A stretch of 41,051 nt of DNA from a virus (taxonomy: Duplodnaviria > Caudoviricetes), in IMG/VR virus record IMGVR_UViG_3300039159_000055, positions 1 through 41,051 of that record. One strand, written 5' to 3'. This document shows, in pieces, positions 16,665 to 26,880 of this stretch. The translations under genes were made by a program, and so were the position numbers. A model generated the notes under the pieces. That model had not been told where the DNA came from. It did no database searches and saw only the letters and a program-made list of their open reading frames with translations. How positions within the stretch are numbered: the first letter of the stretch is position 1; every line of letters starts with the position of its first letter.

Positions 16665-17333
16665 TTACCCCAATCTAATCTGGTCGCCGGGCTGTAATGG
16701 CTTATTGTTGTTTAATTTTTGCAGTTTTCGGTAGTCGACCCCGGTTGCTCTGCCAATCTTCCAGTAAGAATCGCCAGATTTGACGACGTATGTCTTAGCA
16801 GCCTTCGGTGCCACCTTGGCGGGCACGACAACCTTTTTGGGTACAATCACCTTAGGGGCAAGCTGCTTTGGCTTTACCGTAGCTTTGGTGGGTTGCTTTT
16901 TTAGCTGTTCGCCAATAAAAGCTCTGATGTCTAGGACCTTGCCCCAGAAAAGGGATTTGAGTCCACGACCGATCGTAATGTGGCAGTGGGGGCCCGATGA
17001 TGCAGTCCCAGTACTGCCGATTAGTCCGAGAGTTTCGCCGGTTTCGACTTTATCGCCGACTTTTAGGGTTGGCTTGAACTGTAAATGGGAGTAGCCAATG
17101 TGCCAAGTCTTGTTGTCAGCCCAGGCAGTGTGAATAATGCACCATCCCATTTGGTTGCTGTATTGAACGGCCATGACTGTGCCACTCGTGATTGCAGGAA
17201 TCTTAGTTCCCTCTGCAGCAATCCAGTCAGTGCCTCGGTGTGGGCCCAGATTGTTTGCAATTCTAAACTTGCTTACTGCGCCAAATCTTGCACCCAGTTT
17301 AATATCGGGGAAGGGTAGTTGCCATGTTGACAT
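16665..17333 (-). CDS. endolysin, M23 peptidase + LysM
   Basis: HRGTD, YSHL, GSTG.ASSGPHCH; YVVKSGDSYWKI LysM; likely start MSTWQ at 17333. Confidence 0.9.
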   Translation of the reverse strand: MSTWQLPFPDIKLGARFGAVSKFRIANNLGPHRGTDWIAAEGTKIPAITSGTVMAVQYSNQMGWCIIHTAWADNKTWHIGYSHLQFKPTLKVGDKVETGETLGLIGSTGTASSGPHCHITIGRGLKSLFWGKVLDIRAFIGEQLKKQPTKATVKPKQLAPKVIVPKKVVVPAKVAPKAAKTYVVKSGDSYWKIGRATGVDYRKLQKLNNNKPLQPGDQIRLG

Positions 17334-17695
17334 TAATTCATCACGCTCCATACTGTGTTGATTGTTTGAGAGCTACCTGCATCTAGTCTGTAAAGAATTA
17401 CAGTAAACCCGGTGGTCGAGCTGTTGGTTACGGTAGCTACGTAACTTGAGGACCCACTCACAGGACCGCGCACGGTTACCTGTATTTTATTTGGTGCAAG
17501 TGGCAGCTCATTGTCAAAGACTACAGTTAGAACCTGAGAGGATCCGGCTGTGGTGCCGTTAAACTGAAGAGGCGAAGTGCCAGATAGTGGGATGGCGTTA
17601 TCCACGCTTGAGGAGACCGCTGCAAATACTGCTTCCAGTGGTGCAACCTGATCGCCAGAGGTTGGATAAAATATACCTTTTGATGTGATTGCCAT
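17333..17695 (-). CDS. minor tail/structural protein
   Basis: Position; beta-rich C-terminal domain (STTGFTV). Confidence 0.6.
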   Translation of the reverse strand: MAITSKGIFYPTSGDQVAPLEAVFAAVSSSVDNAIPLSGTSPLQFNGTTAGSSQVLTVVFDNELPLAPNKIQVTVRGPVSGSSSYVATVTNSSTTGFTVILYRLDAGSSQTINTVWSVMN

Positions 17696-17709
17696 ATCTC
17701 TATTGTATC

Positions 17710-18876
17710 CTACTTAGCCTCTAAGGCTGCAAGCCTTTGTTCTAGGGATTTGATGGTTGTGTTCTGACTTTGCACCACTTTATGTAGGTACATATATAGA
17801 AGCTGGTATCTTAGCTGCTTGTATTCATCACCCTCCTGTGGGTTAGCAACTAAAAACTCCTCCATGCCTATGTCTTCAAAATCATCAAGTATAAACCCTA
17901 GGTTAACGGCTTCAGCTTGAGCGTCATCACTTACTGCTTCTCGTTTATAATTGAATCTAACTGGGTTTACTTGTATAAAGGCATCTGTGTCAAAATTTAG
18001 ATCCTCAATAGATTCTTTTGCCCTACGCTCAGATGCAGTAGTGTTTCTGGCCATATTACCCGATGTATTTATAAATACGTTAGGAGCAAAAGTGGTGGTA
18101 CCGCTTACGGTGTTTCCTGCGACTGTTGGGAAGCCGTTTCCAGCATAACCTCCAGAATTATTTATTGATCCAGTGCCGAGAGAGCTTGAAGTTATTGAGC
18201 CAGTGCTAAGAGAGCTTGAAGTTATTGAGCCAGTGCTGACAGAGCCTGAAGTCATTGAGCCAACAGCAGAGAGCGTGGTGTCAGAGTCTATACTGCCCCC
18301 TGAGAGGGTGTAAAGCCTACCTCCAACCGCAAGTCCGTTGTCACTAAGCCCAGCAAAGTTACCTCCAGCCGAATACATTAGAACACCACCGCTCCAAACC
18401 TGAACCAATCCAGATCCTGGACCGTAAATTTCTATAGTCGCACCTCTGTCTGTACCTGAACCTATAATTCTCCCTGTAAAGTTCCCGTTTTCATCAAAGT
18501 AGGAAGTGTTTGTAGCCAGCATTTCTACCCTTCTACCGCTGGCAGCGGTCTTTAGGGTTGTTCCTATAATCTCACCGCCAGATATCCTGTTTCCGCTAAT
18601 GCTCCCCGCGGTTATGTTGGCAGCATTAATCGTAGGGCCGCCGGGTGAACCTAGATCAGCTATACTTGAGATTGCATCGTTTGCTAGACCAGCAGCGGTA
18701 ATAGCCTGCTGAGCAGCAATCAAAGCCTGACCGGCAGTCACAGATAGCTGGCTATCTCTGGTGGTATTGTTTATGTCTGAGCTTCTCAGCGTGTTCTCTA
18801 GGTTGGTTACCTTCTTTTCAACCTCACGTGCCCAGAACCTTGACGATGTGGGCAGGTTGTTTGTTGGAAATACCAT
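17710..18876 (-). CDS. tail spike/fibre with C-terminal S74-type intramolecular chaperone
   Basis: SERRAKESI...PVRFNYK...GFI plus terminal coiled coil. Confidence 0.75.
   Translation of the reverse strand: MVFPTNNLPTSSRFWAREVEKKVTNLENTLRSSDINNTTRDSQLSVTAGQALIAAQQAITAAGLANDAISSIADLGSPGGPTINAANITAGSISGNRISGGEIIGTTLKTAASGRRVEMLATNTSYFDENGNFTGRIIGSGTDRGATIEIYGPGSGLVQVWSGGVLMYSAGGNFAGLSDNGLAVGGRLYTLSGGSIDSDTTLSAVGSMTSGSVSTGSITSSSLSTGSITSSSLGTGSINNSGGYAGNGFPTVAGNTVSGTTTFAPNVFINTSGNMARNTTASERRAKESIEDLNFDTDAFIQVNPVRFNYKREAVSDDAQAEAVNLGFILDDFEDIGMEEFLVANPQEGDEYKQLRYQLLYMYLHKVVQSQNTTIKSLEQRLAALEAK
18162..18262. repeat. 30-bp coding tandem repeat
   Basis: About 3.3 copies encoding GS(I/M)TS(S/G)S(L/V)(S/G)T. 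Confidence 0.85.
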
Positions 18877-18877
18877 G

Positions 18878-20371
18878 TTACTCCTTTACTAGCGGGATTA
18901 CGCTAAACTCGTTAAAGCTTACCCCGTTCATTGATGTGTTAAAGTTTTCAAACGTTGAGTTGGACCAAGCGGAATCAAAATCTGCAAAGGTAACATAAGA
19001 GTTACCAGTTATCTCAACACCAGATTGATTGAAGCTTGTAGAGTTAATTCTAAATCTTGTTTCAAACGCATCTACTATTGACCCAGTTAGCGTTCCAAAC
19101 TCTGCGCCAGTTGACAGGCTTTGGTTTAGCTGGATAGACGGCCCGCATAGCTCCTGTGCGATCCTGACACCTTTGTTCCAGAGCACCTCATCGCTAGTTA
19201 TAAAAAGGTTGTCAATAGTTGTAGACTCTGCTATCTCAGACTCGGGAGCCCCAGTGTAAATTGTGTAAGCTGTCTTTTCAAAGAATACACCAGTACCTCG
19301 TAGGTAAAATGCAGGATAGTCATCGCCACCTGCAGACTCAACGCCTATCTTAAATGGCTCAAGGTCGGGGTAGTTGGCACCAATAATTGTTATCTCTAGC
19401 TCGTTTGGGTTCTCTGTGATGGAGGCTGACACGGATCCGCCTTGGTCGTTCCACTGAGCTGCAGTTAGTGGTACTTGATCCTTGCCCACGATAACGTATT
19501 GACCATAGTTGATTGGGAAAACAATTGTCTGAACCGCGATAGGCTGCTCCACCTCTTCTAGAGAGGCGTTTATTGTGACTCTTCTAGTAATCTTTTCATT
19601 AGCATTTACCTGAAAGGAATCTACGATAGAGACAAGCTCAAGGTTTGCGTAGTTTTGAGGGTCTATGTTTTCTTGTCGCACAAGAGAGTTTGCTCTGTAA
19701 TCGGTTTCGTACTTAAAAACCTGTACGGTTTGAGCCGCATCGTAGGCATCGATCTCCAGCGACTGATCAGAGATGCTTTCCTTAGTGCTTACCGTTCGGA
19801 GACCACCCTCGCGAAACCAGAGCTGATCCTCAACTATGTACATCTCCATAAACCCGCTGTTGTCATCTATGAGTGCAGCGGCACAAAGCATCTTTAGGTA
19901 CTCCCAGACGCTGCCCTTCCAGCCGATAAAGTCTACATCTATAGGCTCAATCTTGGCCTGTAAACCTGGCTCGAAGTTTGGCGTAATGTCAACAAGATAG
20001 CAGTAGTAAAGTATCGCCTCATAAAGGTTATATCCGCCAGCGTTACTGCCCTGCGGGAGTGCGGTTCTTTCCACGTCTAGTCTTGATTGGATCGTACTTC
20101 CAATAACTGAAACTAAACCATTGTTTAAAGAAACCTTTTTAATCGTAAAGTTTACATCGCCGTACTCTTCATCAGACAGCAGGGCTTCGTTGTTTATGGC
20201 TATGCGGCTGCCCTTGGTGTCCTCATTGGAAACCAGCTGTGCCGTTACCTGACCAGTTCCACCCTCAAGCTTGGCCGGGCTAATCGGGGTTGCATCTTCG
20301 GAGTACGAAAAGGATATTAGTGAAGCGTCTTTAAAATCGCCGCTTCCACTGATCGTCTGCACAGATGGCAT
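18878..20371 (-). CDS. minor tail protein (baseplate hub-like)
   Basis: Second gene after the tape measure, 497 aa. Confidence 0.7.
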   Translation of the reverse strand: MPSVQTISGSGDFKDASLISFSYSEDATPISPAKLEGGTGQVTAQLVSNEDTKGSRIAINNEALLSDEEYGDVNFTIKKVSLNNGLVSVIGSTIQSRLDVERTALPQGSNAGGYNLYEAILYYCYLVDITPNFEPGLQAKIEPIDVDFIGWKGSVWEYLKMLCAAALIDDNSGFMEMYIVEDQLWFREGGLRTVSTKESISDQSLEIDAYDAAQTVQVFKYETDYRANSLVRQENIDPQNYANLELVSIVDSFQVNANEKITRRVTINASLEEVEQPIAVQTIVFPINYGQYVIVGKDQVPLTAAQWNDQGGSVSASITENPNELEITIIGANYPDLEPFKIGVESAGGDDYPAFYLRGTGVFFEKTAYTIYTGAPESEIAESTTIDNLFITSDEVLWNKGVRIAQELCGPSIQLNQSLSTGAEFGTLTGSIVDAFETRFRINSTSFNQSGVEITGNSYVTFADFDSAWSNSTFENFNTSMNGVSFNEFSVIPLVKE

Positions 20372-20373
20372 TA

Positions 20374-21267
20374 TTACTCCTCAATAAAGTTGGTTGCAAG
20401 TTCTACAAGACCATCGTTTATCTTGGCGGATAAATATGTAATGCTAGGTGCTGATGAAAACAAAAGCCCCTTTGTGCCACGCCCAGATATAAAATCGCCC
20501 TGCTTAACTGAAGATGTCTCTGGCAAAACCTGAGCCATCATGCCTGCGATGCTTATTTCGCTAGTCGCTCCGGCAGGCTTAATAACAATTATATCTACCA
20601 TAGAATAAGTTAGCCCGCTTAGCTGAGTGTTGGTCCTGATTGTACTACTAACTGACATTACATTAGTAATAATGTCCGTTGGCAAGCCAGTTGACCTGGA
20701 GTATGCACGAAGGATCACAGTTGCGTTCCCAGAAACCACCTCACCATGCCAGCCAAAGTGGAACCTGTGGGCAGTTGGTATGATTATCCTGTTTGAACTG
20801 GTGGACTCAAATGCCTGAGTGCTTGTAAGGTTTATGTTCAAAGACTTATAAGGATAAGACTTTGTGTTGGACTCTGTAGACACAAAGGAAGCAACTCCAA
20901 AACCAGATGGGATAGCGCAGATTGTGGGCCAGTCTTTTTCGGTTAGCATCGGGGCTGCCCAGTTTGGTGGTAGCAAGTTGGTATCAATTGCAAAAGGATC
21001 CAGCCAGTAGAATGGACCGTCTCCATAGATGCCGTCAAAGTAGTCTTTTATGGTGTGCAAGCTGTCATTTATAGACTCAGCGTTTAATGGCCCAGTCCAA
21101 GCAGGCGAGAAACGCCTGTGGTTGGCGCTAGAACGCCTCGTGAAGGCCCTACCGCTAAGAAGTTGAGCCTCATTAAAGTAACTGTCTACAATGGCGCTCA
21201 GGCCGGTCTTAGGGGCTGGTATCCATACCTGCTTATTGGCGTTGCCAAAGTATATTTTACGATCCAT
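20374..21267 (-). CDS. minor tail protein (distal tail-like)
   Basis: First gene after the tape measure; GPFYWLDP motif. Confidence 0.7.
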   Translation of the reverse strand: MDRKIYFGNANKQVWIPAPKTGLSAIVDSYFNEAQLLSGRAFTRRSSANHRRFSPAWTGPLNAESINDSLHTIKDYFDGIYGDGPFYWLDPFAIDTNLLPPNWAAPMLTEKDWPTICAIPSGFGVASFVSTESNTKSYPYKSLNINLTSTQAFESTSSNRIIIPTAHRFHFGWHGEVVSGNATVILRAYSRSTGLPTDIITNVMSVSSTIRTNTQLSGLTYSMVDIIVIKPAGATSEISIAGMMAQVLPETSSVKQGDFISGRGTKGLLFSSAPSITYLSAKINDGLVELATNFIEE

Positions 21268-24200
21268 TATCTAATCCCTCTTTGTGCCAAGATTGCGTTG
21301 CCATCGTTTGCTGATTTTGCAATTGTGGCATTGTCGGTGTATAGCGCCACTGGCCTGTCAATGGCCGAGCGTAGTAGCTGGCGATCCTCTGTCGATAGGA
21401 ACACAGTTTGAGATCCGCCAGATGATTGAGCTGGTGCAGATTGCATTCTAGATGGTGCCGACTGCATGTTATTTAGCGAGTTAAAGAAGTCAACTCCGTA
21501 ACGGCTTACTGCGGATGCCCTTACAACGTATTCGCCGTTGGAAAGTCTTGCCGGGATGCTATCACTTGTTGCGGTTCCAGGCCCGGAGACCATGCCACCG
21601 CGAGAGAAGCCTACATTAAAGCCCTTAAAGTTTCCCTGACTAGATTGGCTTACTGTTTTCTGAACGGTTGTTACGGTTACAGTCTTGTCCTTGATGGTGT
21701 TAAGTCTAGCATTGGCATCTTGGACAAACTTAGTCACAGCTGCCAATGCCCCAGTGGTGTCGGCCTTTATGGTTGTGGCGATGTCTTCTGGTATGTCATC
21801 TAGGGATGCAATCAGTTCGTCCCGTAGAACATCAGACAGCTTTTTGGCATCCGTCTCGGTGTAACCCATTTGGATTGCGTTGTCGTAAAAAGCCTTGGTC
21901 TGGGCCTCTATGATGCCATTCAAATCGGTGCCCGGCTTTGCAGTTGCAAGCATAAACGCTGTGACCGTTCCGTACTTGCTGGCCATGTCTTGAAGGGCAA
22001 GGTTCTGGGCAATAAGATCCCTAGTATTGCTGTCTATTCCAAGCTTGCTGTTAGCGTCTGTAATCTCCTGCACAGAATTCGCGATGCTGCTGTTTGCCTT
22101 GGTGATGTCATTTTCTTTACTGGCAATCTCAGAGTCAATAGTACCCAGCTGTGCTCGGATAGCGTCCTCACGTAGTGTGTCACCGTATTTGATGGCGATC
22201 TGCAACTGGAACTGCAGCTTGCCCTTGTCTGCAGTAAGCTCATCGATAGATGCCTTAGTCGCACGGATAGATAGGTTGGCCTCAACGATTGCCTCGTTGG
22301 CATCAGAGACCGACTTCCTGGCAGCATCTTGAGCATCAGACAAGTCAAGCCAGCCAAGGGTAACTTGATCAATGGCGTTGCCTTGTGCGAATGTTGCAGA
22401 TAGACCAGCATTAATTGCAGAGCTAACCTTAGATGCAGCATCAGCAATTTCAAGGAGAGCCCGCCTAGCGTCTGAGCTACTCTTGATCTGTGCGTAGAAC
22501 TGATTGACCTGATTCTTGGAAACCCTTGTCGTCTTGCCAGTCTTTTTAATCAGGTTGTCAATATCCTTAAGGCCAGTGCCACTAACCCCTGCCTTTACCA
22601 GTGCTTGCCTTAGAGCACCAAGGCTATTTGCAAATACCTGAGTGTTCCCGTTAGAAGCTTCTGCCAAAGAATCAATAGTGCTTCTTAGGCTGGAGATGTT
22701 ATCTTTGCCAGCTTTTGTCCAGACTGAGAAGACTGTTCCGTTTTTCTTTAGAGACTCACCAAGTGATTCTACTGAGTTAAGAACGTCTAGCTTATTGTTT
22801 GTAGCCTTGAACATCTTGTCAATCATTGCTTTAAGTTTCTCAAGGGCAGTAAGTGCTTTTTCTGCTGAGTTCTTAACAGGCTTAAACGGCTCAATCTGGT
22901 AGGTCCCACCTTCGAAGCTTTTCATAGCCCTTGCCATTTGAAACATTAGATTAAAGGTTTCAGCTCTAGAAACGCTTGCTGCAAGTTGCACTTCGTAAAA
23001 AGCTTTCACTATTGCTTTCATTCCAGAAAGGTCTGGCTGCTTAGCTAGGTCTGCTCTAAGAGCGGCATCGTTACCAGCTATTTCAACAATGCTGTTTATT
23101 ACCGCCTTCTTAACTAGTGTGAACGCATCGCTAACATCAACTCCTGCTGCCTCCAAAGAGGACAGACCGGCAATAATTCTTCTCATTGCACCAGGTGTGC
23201 CCTCGCCTGCAGCAATAGAAGCCTCGGTAGCGGCATCCATAAAGCTAGCAAAGTTAGATAGGTTAGTCCTTGCAGCCTCGCCCATGCCGTCAAGCTCCCC
23301 GGCTGTCTCGTTGGCCCCCTTTGCAAACGTATCGAGGGCGTCACCAACTTTGTTTTCAAGAATAGCAGTGGAGGTCAGCTCGTTTACTAACGCCCTAGTT
23401 GCGTTTGCCAGCTCAAGAACGGCTGCCTCTTGCGCCTCTATTTCGGCTGTGCTGGCCTCTGTCTGAATTCCCATTTCCTCTTGCGAAACTGCAAGCTCGT
23501 TGGTTGCCCTGGCAGCTTCTGCCCCAGACTCAACGTAGCCATCGGTAGCCCTTCCGCCCTCAGTAAGAAACTTTATCAAAGCGTTTAGCCGAGATCCGCT
23601 TACGTCAAGCTGTGAGGCAAACCCTTTAATTTCTTCAATAGAAAGATCAAATCCAGTAGCTTTTAGCGATCTTTGCAGATTGGTTAGCTCGGCAGGAAGA
23701 GCATTGGTAGACTGGCTTATAAGTTTCATCGCATTAACAAAGTTGGCTGAATACTCTTCAGCAGTTATGCCACCCTCAGTAAGTCCCTCACTTACCATTT
23801 GGCCAGCACTAAAGCCTATGTCATTTAAAACACTTCTAACTCCAGGAGAAAGCTCGGTAAGCTTGACCCAGAAGTTGGCACCATTACCATCATAGTTCTT
23901 AAGAGAGTCTAAGATAAGGGCCGTAACGTTTTCTCCTAATAGAAGGTTTGTCGCAGCTATTTCCTCATTAAGCTCCGCCCTTGCTATCCGCCCATACTTG
24001 ACGCTTTGAGTATGCGTATCTGTTGCCTCAGACGAGCCGCGAATAGCACTAATCTCTGTGTCTCTTAGCTTGATGGCTTCTTTTGCAATACGAGTTTCAC
24101 GTTCTACTTCTGCATTAAGATCTGCAGTTCCGGCAACAAGTGTAGCAATACCGGATCCCATTGCCGTATCCTTCTTGGCTGCAGTTACAAGGGCATCAAA

Positions 24201-26417
24201 ACCTCCGGCTGCTTCAAACATTGCTCGCCTCGCCTTGTCTGCACTTTCCTCAACGGCAAGGAAGATAACTCCCGCAATGCCCGCCACAGCTGCTAGCCCA
24301 AGTACTATAGGCCCAAGTGAGACAACAAACCTACGAACTCCAGTGGTTGCAACTGCAGAGCTTACGGCCACACCCTTAAAGCTATTGGACAATGCACTTA
24401 AAACTCCCGTTGCAGCTCCAGCGTTAGGGATCATTGATACCAGCAGAGCTCTAAAAGTGTTAATGCTTATACCTGCTTGTACGCCCTCAAGCTTTAAGTT
24501 CTGGAAAGCTAGCTTCATGGCTAGTAGGCCAGCTATACCTAAAGCTAGAGCACCAATAAACAATGAAACCCCGGCGGTTAGTGCACCTACTACTGTTATA
24601 AATGCTCGCAGCGGCATTGGGGCCTTTCTTAGCCCTTCTGTGAAGTTTGTGATTGCGTCTACAATAAACGCAAGCGGCTCCATTACAGACTCCCCAAGCG
24701 ATGCGCCAAGTGCTTGAATTGAGTTATTCATTATGGCGATCTTGGATGCCACGTCATCCACGACTAAACCGTAGGCCTTAGTGGAAAAGCTAGCTCGCTC
24801 AAACTCTAGATTTGAGTCTGCTAGTGCAGAAGTAAGAACGTCTTGGTTTTGTGAGAGCCTTGATATTACGTTTAGCTCTCGAACGTTAGTGATTCCAAGC
24901 GCTGTCATTGTGGCATTCAATTCGCCAGTTGCGTTTGCTCCTTCAAGGAACTGCTGGAAAAACTCGGAAGCATCTTCCCTAAATAGTGCAGCCGCTCCCT
25001 CGCTTGTCGTACCAATTACCTTAGCAAAGTCATCGAGCTTCTCCCCGCCACTGGCAACGCCGAGATCAAAAGTCCTAAAGAGCCTAGTGAATACACCACG
25101 TGCCTCTTCTGGCCTGATCTTAAGGGATGCAAGTGCAGTAGCAAAACCGATAGTATCTGCAGCTGATATGCCTGCCTGAGCAGATACCGAACCAATAGAC
25201 TCTGCCATCTTTAGGATTTCAGCATCAGTAGCCACCGCATTCACACCAGCAAATGCTATGGCGGAAGATAGGTTTTCAAACTCCGAGGCCGGAACGTGCA
25301 TCAGCTCCGCAAGTCTACCAAAGCTTAGTGCGACAGTCTCTACTGCTATCCCCGTGATGGCAGAAAACTTTGCGACAGTTTCTGTAAACTCATCAACATC
25401 CGATGTTGCAATACCAAGCTGAGCTCCCAATGTTGCAATCTCTGTGATGTCAGCAAAGGCCACCGGGATTGCCGTGCTCATGTCTATCAAGGTATTCTTT
25501 AGTTCCTTTGATGCCTGACCTGCAACTCCGGTAGTTCGCTCCACAGAGGTAAAGGCAGACTCAAACTTAATTGCAGACGCAACGCCAAGTGCAAGTGCAC
25601 CCGCAACCGCAGCTCCAAATGCTATTGCCCTTCTGCCTACGTCATAAAGGGCGTAGCGAGTAGCTGCCATTCTTCTATTGAAGTCTTCATCTTCTGTAAC
25701 AAAAGTGACTGTTTGCTGGAATTTAGCTGACTTTGCGTCTTTCTTTGCTGCCTTTTCTTCAACCGCTCGCTTCTTTAGCTCAGACTTCCACCAGTTGCTG
25801 TATTCTTTTTCGTAGGCTTTATCCGCATTGGTAAGTAGCTTTGTCTGGGCGCTTCTATTTTTTCCAAAGGCCTTTATTGCAGCAACTTTTTCTTTTCCAA
25901 TTTTTTGAAATTCTTTGGCAATCCTTTTTTCTTCACCTATTTCAATTTGCGCTCTGATCTTGGTGATGTTTTGCATCTTGGTTGCAAGGGCGCGAGAGTC
26001 TGCTTCTCGTTTTTTATTGATTGCTTGAAACTCTTTGGCAAGCTTGTTCTCATACTGAGACTGTTGATTTGCATTCATGCTGTTAAATGCTGAAGGCTTT
26101 ACGTCTTGATTGGCAACCAGTAGTTGGGCCTTTGGCCTTATGCTACCGCCATTGCGAACGGCCTCAAGCTCGACCTTGGTTCGCTCTTTTTCGTACTTCT
26201 TCAGAGACTCTATTCTCTGGGAGTTTGCGTCTAGGTCCTCTTTAAGGACCGACTTTATTGCGCCTCTTTGTGTGTCTTGACTTTTCTTTACATACTTATT
26301 TACATTTTTTTGATATTCCTCAGCGCCAGCCCCCATGGCCCTAAACTGAGCAGCGACTACTTTAGTATTTGCTACAAACTTAGCATACTCTAAACTAATT
26401 CTCGCACGAATTTCCAA
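21267..26417 (-). CDS. tape measure protein
   Basis: 1716 aa, Ala-rich and helical; FESAFTSVERT core; GGMVSGPGTATSDSIPARLSNGEYV. Confidence 0.95.
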   Translation of the reverse strand: MEIRARISLEYAKFVANTKVVAAQFRAMGAGAEEYQKNVNKYVKKSQDTQRGAIKSVLKEDLDANSQRIESLKKYEKERTKVELEAVRNGGSIRPKAQLLVANQDVKPSAFNSMNANQQSQYENKLAKEFQAINKKREADSRALATKMQNITKIRAQIEIGEEKRIAKEFQKIGKEKVAAIKAFGKNRSAQTKLLTNADKAYEKEYSNWWKSELKKRAVEEKAAKKDAKSAKFQQTVTFVTEDEDFNRRMAATRYALYDVGRRAIAFGAAVAGALALGVASAIKFESAFTSVERTTGVAGQASKELKNTLIDMSTAIPVAFADITEIATLGAQLGIATSDVDEFTETVAKFSAITGIAVETVALSFGRLAELMHVPASEFENLSSAIAFAGVNAVATDAEILKMAESIGSVSAQAGISAADTIGFATALASLKIRPEEARGVFTRLFRTFDLGVASGGEKLDDFAKVIGTTSEGAAALFREDASEFFQQFLEGANATGELNATMTALGITNVRELNVISRLSQNQDVLTSALADSNLEFERASFSTKAYGLVVDDVASKIAIMNNSIQALGASLGESVMEPLAFIVDAITNFTEGLRKAPMPLRAFITVVGALTAGVSLFIGALALGIAGLLAMKLAFQNLKLEGVQAGISINTFRALLVSMIPNAGAATGVLSALSNSFKGVAVSSAVATTGVRRFVVSLGPIVLGLAAVAGIAGVIFLAVEESADKARRAMFEAAGGFDALVTAAKKDTAMGSGIATLVAGTADLNAEVERETRIAKEAIKLRDTEISAIRGSSEATDTHTQSVKYGRIARAELNEEIAATNLLLGENVTALILDSLKNYDGNGANFWVKLTELSPGVRSVLNDIGFSAGQMVSEGLTEGGITAEEYSANFVNAMKLISQSTNALPAELTNLQRSLKATGFDLSIEEIKGFASQLDVSGSRLNALIKFLTEGGRATDGYVESGAEAARATNELAVSQEEMGIQTEASTAEIEAQEAAVLELANATRALVNELTSTAILENKVGDALDTFAKGANETAGELDGMGEAARTNLSNFASFMDAATEASIAAGEGTPGAMRRIIAGLSSLEAAGVDVSDAFTLVKKAVINSIVEIAGNDAALRADLAKQPDLSGMKAIVKAFYEVQLAASVSRAETFNLMFQMARAMKSFEGGTYQIEPFKPVKNSAEKALTALEKLKAMIDKMFKATNNKLDVLNSVESLGESLKKNGTVFSVWTKAGKDNISSLRSTIDSLAEASNGNTQVFANSLGALRQALVKAGVSGTGLKDIDNLIKKTGKTTRVSKNQVNQFYAQIKSSSDARRALLEIADAASKVSSAINAGLSATFAQGNAIDQVTLGWLDLSDAQDAARKSVSDANEAIVEANLSIRATKASIDELTADKGKLQFQLQIAIKYGDTLREDAIRAQLGTIDSEIASKENDITKANSSIANSVQEITDANSKLGIDSNTRDLIAQNLALQDMASKYGTVTAFMLATAKPGTDLNGIIEAQTKAFYDNAIQMGYTETDAKKLSDVLRDELIASLDDIPEDIATTIKADTTGALAAVTKFVQDANARLNTIKDKTVTVTTVQKTVSQSSQGNFKGFNVGFSRGGMVSGPGTATSDSIPARLSNGEYVVRASAVSRYGVDFFNSLNNMQSAPSRMQSAPAQSSGGSQTVFLSTEDRQLLRSAIDRPVALYTDNATIAKSANDGNAILAQRGIR

Positions 26418-26442
26418 AACAGCACCACCTCAAGGTTAGTTT

Positions 26443-26880
26443 CTATTCTATCTTGTCAGTACTCTTTTCGTACATTCCTCGGTAGTAAGAGTTGCGAGTA
26501 GGCAGGTCACTACCATCGTAGGTGTAAGCCACTGTGTAGGGATATTCCCCGTAGGACTTTTTCTTAGAGTTCTTTTTGTCTTCTTTTTCTTGCCAGCGTT
26601 CCAGCTCAGCTTTGGCAAAGCACTTAGAAGTCTTTACCTTAAATCCAACGTTGGTGGCATCTTCGTTTCTGCACACCCATATAGGGTTACCACACTCCCC
26701 GCAAGTTTCCTCTTGAAGAGTATGGTAAGCCTCTAGTAATATAAAATCAAAGCTGGTCCACGGATCTGTGGGCTGCTCGTGGAATAGCATGGCCACTGGC
26801 CTTATTCCTGAACTGATGGCCGCCTTGATTGATGTTATGTATTGGCGGTTAGCTTCCCAGGTCAGGACTTCGGTAAAAAA
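26443..26880 (-). CDS. tail assembly chaperone, -1 frameshift extension (gpGT-like)
   Basis: The -1 frame is open from the slippery site into ORF 26443-26796. Confidence 0.8.
   Translation of the reverse strand, partial: FFTEVLTWEANRQYITSIKAAISSGIRPVAMLFHEQPTDPWTSFDFILLEAYHTLQEETCGECGNPIWVCRNEDATNVGFKVKTSKCFAKAELERWQEKEDKKNSKKKSYGEYPYTVAYTYDGSDLPTRNSYYRGMYEKSTDKIE

Noticed and set aside
21870-26093. Plus-strand ORFs opposite the tape measure gene (and similar antisense ORFs elsewhere)
   Set aside because: Shadow ORFs of Ala/Gly-rich coding sequence, with no RBS or recognisable motifs.
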